Virus record (IMG/VR): IMGVR_UViG_3300027772_000043
Location: 1 to 46,334 of that record
Strand: one strand, 5' to 3'
DNA length: 46,334 nt
Source of the DNA: a virus
Lineage: Duplodnaviria > Caudoviricetes
Part shown: in pieces, positions 44,962 through 46,334 of the stretch
How the letters are laid out: the number at the start of each line of letters is the position of its first letter
How positions within the stretch are numbered: position 1 is the first letter of the stretch
Made by a program: the position numbers and the translations under genes
Notes under the pieces: model-generated
What the model was told of the DNA's origin: nothing
Seen by the model: only the letters and a program-made list of their open reading frames with translations
Databases searched by the model: none

Positions 44962-45170
44962 GCCTGTTCCTCCTTGCCCCATTTACCAACGGGGCATTCT
45001 GAATGCGGAAGTGACCCTTTTAGCCGCATAAAGCACCCGCATTTCTTACATTGTTTTGTAATTTTGATAAAAAACTCACAGCCCTTGCAGATTGAAAGGC
45101 GCTTTTCTAGCACCTCTTCAGATACGCGACCGATATTTGGATTAAGCAAATCCCAAGGCTTTGATCCCAT
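44958..45170 (-). CDS. Small six-Cys protein (DUF6171-like)
   Basis: RLSICKGC...QCKKCGCFM..K.....CPVGKW. Confidence 0.7.
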   Translation of the reverse strand: MGSKPWDLLNPNIGRVSEEVLEKRLSICKGCEFFIKITKQCKKCGCFMRLKGSLPHSECPVGKWGKEEQA

Positions 45171-45171
45171 T

Positions 45172-45645
45172 TCAACTCCCCATTACTTGCTGTCCCAGTT
45201 TTGCGCCCATTGCAGCCTGAAACTCTCTTGTCCCAATCCAATGTTTTCCGCCGCTTAGTTCCCAGTACAGATTCTTGTTGTTTACCTTGACGTACTTAAT
45301 AAGCCAAGTGAGAACGTCTGAGCCTATGGTTGCGCCAGCCTCTGTTGCCCTGATGTACGGAATGCCTTCAATAAAGTGTTCGTCAATAATAACATTTGTT
45401 AGTTCTGGCTTTAGCCATTCAGGGATGCTGGTATCCTTAAGCCATAGGCAACTGTAGCCAACGCACGGATCTTTTGGACGATCCTCATAGATCGCGCACC
45501 CCTTTCCGCGCTGGGCAAATTGACACGGAATACCCTGCTGCATCCATTCGCCAAGGATATTGGCAGACAGCCACCCTTCGCAGCACTTTGTGCAAGTGCC
45601 GCAAGATCGTTTTTCTCTTTTAACTATGGGGAGTTGTCGCTTCAC
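45172..45645 (-). CDS. YkgJ-like (CxxCxxCC) cysteine-cluster protein
   Basis: CGTCTKCC...PCQF....CAIYEDRP..PC..YSCLW. Confidence 0.8.
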   Translation of the reverse strand: MKRQLPIVKREKRSCGTCTKCCEGWLSANILGEWMQQGIPCQFAQRGKGCAIYEDRPKDPCVGYSCLWLKDTSIPEWLKPELTNVIIDEHFIEGIPYIRATEAGATIGSDVLTWLIKYVKVNNKNLYWELSGGKHWIGTREFQAAMGAKLGQQVMGS

Positions 45646-46178
45646 TTTGTTGAACGAGAGATTCGGTTTACGGCAAGATCAATGTGATCTTTAAGTCGCT
45701 GCTCAAGTTCATCCATCGCTTCTTGAATTCCAGCAGCAATCTCAGCAGACTGGGAAACAGTATCTCCACACCCAGAGACAGAACCCATTGGCTCGCCATC
45801 ATAGGAGAGACCGCCCTGAGTCTTGTGTGAAGTGGTAAGCCCAAGTTTTTCTTCTAGTTTTGTCCTGAAAGCATCTTCCCACCCAATCGCATCGCCAAGG
45901 ACAATACCATTTTCAGCATAAAAGTACTGGGGATAATTAGAAACATTTGCCGCCTCTCGTAGTGCATCGTTTCTTTCAACATCAATCTGTACAACCTGCA
46001 CGCCGAACGGCTCGTACTTTTTTTCCATTGCCTCAACATATGGGTATGCCTTGGCGCAGAATGAGCAACTTTCGGAACTGAAAAAATACACAGTCGGAAC
46101 TGCGGCATTCTCTTCCAGCAACTTTTCCCACAGACTCTTCCGTACGTTTTCTTCCTTATTCCCGTATACCTTTGGCAT
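45642..46178 (-). CDS. Thioredoxin-fold protein with coiled-coil tail
   Basis: YFFSSESCSFCAK (CxxC), QIDVE, cis-Pro motif NYPQY. Confidence 0.85.
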   Translation of the reverse strand: MPKVYGNKEENVRKSLWEKLLEENAAVPTVYFFSSESCSFCAKAYPYVEAMEKKYEPFGVQVVQIDVERNDALREAANVSNYPQYFYAENGIVLGDAIGWEDAFRTKLEEKLGLTTSHKTQGGLSYDGEPMGSVSGCGDTVSQSAEIAAGIQEAMDELEQRLKDHIDLAVNRISRSTK

Positions 46179-46334
46179 AAATTACCTCCCTATCCTTGAA
46201 TAATTCCGACGCTATCTCCGCCCAGCGGCTCGTAGGTGAGACTAAAGTTATCTACCGTATTGCCCGCTCCAGGGCTTGCAGACCCTAGCGTGCCAACTAT
46301 AATGCCATGCCCTACGGCAGACTGCCAGTCACTA
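46160..46334. repeat. Imperfect terminal direct repeat, right copy; encodes a variant C-terminus of the Cys-insert protein
   Basis: 46190..46334 reads SDWQSAVGHGIIVGTLG...TYEPLGGDSVGIIQG*, two amino-acid differences from the left copy. Confidence 0.9.

Larger units (their letters stand above)
1..46334 (-). mobile_element. Near-complete tailed dsDNA bacteriophage genome (siphovirus-like), circularly permuted
   Basis: Terminase, portal, MuF, protease-capsid, tail tube, TAC, tape measure, lysis and recombination genes all lie on one strand, and the two ends overlap by ~175 bp. Confidence 0.95.

Noticed and set aside
1-46334. Alternative genetic code or intron/intein-split genes
   Set aside because: Standard-code ORFs tile the genome densely, and terminase, portal and capsid are uninterrupted and of normal length

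Overview
This window is an apparently complete, circularly permuted ~46.2 kb genome of a tailed dsDNA phage (siphovirus-like: tape measure, tail tube, no sheath). Essentially all genes are on the minus strand. In transcription order the modules are: protease-capsid fusion, neck/tail, lysis, phosphoesterase, recombination/replication (PD-(D/E)XK nuclease, Sak4-like ATPase, SSB, initiator, RusA), early genes with repeated sigma70-type promoters, TerS/TerL, portal, a 2294-aa MuF fusion ending in a PI3/4-kinase-like domain, and fibre-like genes. Across the circular junction follows a cysteine/redox cassette: a 24-Cys insert protein, a thioredoxin, a YkgJ-like Cys-cluster protein, a small Cys protein and a zeta-toxin-like kinase with a HiPIP-like tail. 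I saw no integrase, DNA polymerase, tRNA or CRISPR array. The best candidate novel systems are (i) a phage thiol-redox/metal-cluster cassette serving a Cys-laddered virion protein, (ii) two head-associated kinase effectors, possibly released by the prohead protease at hydrophobic-x-E sites, and (iii) an early-promoter module with a near-palindromic operator and a covarying GAGGAA-loop leader hairpin. All family calls are by motif recognition only; no database searches were run.
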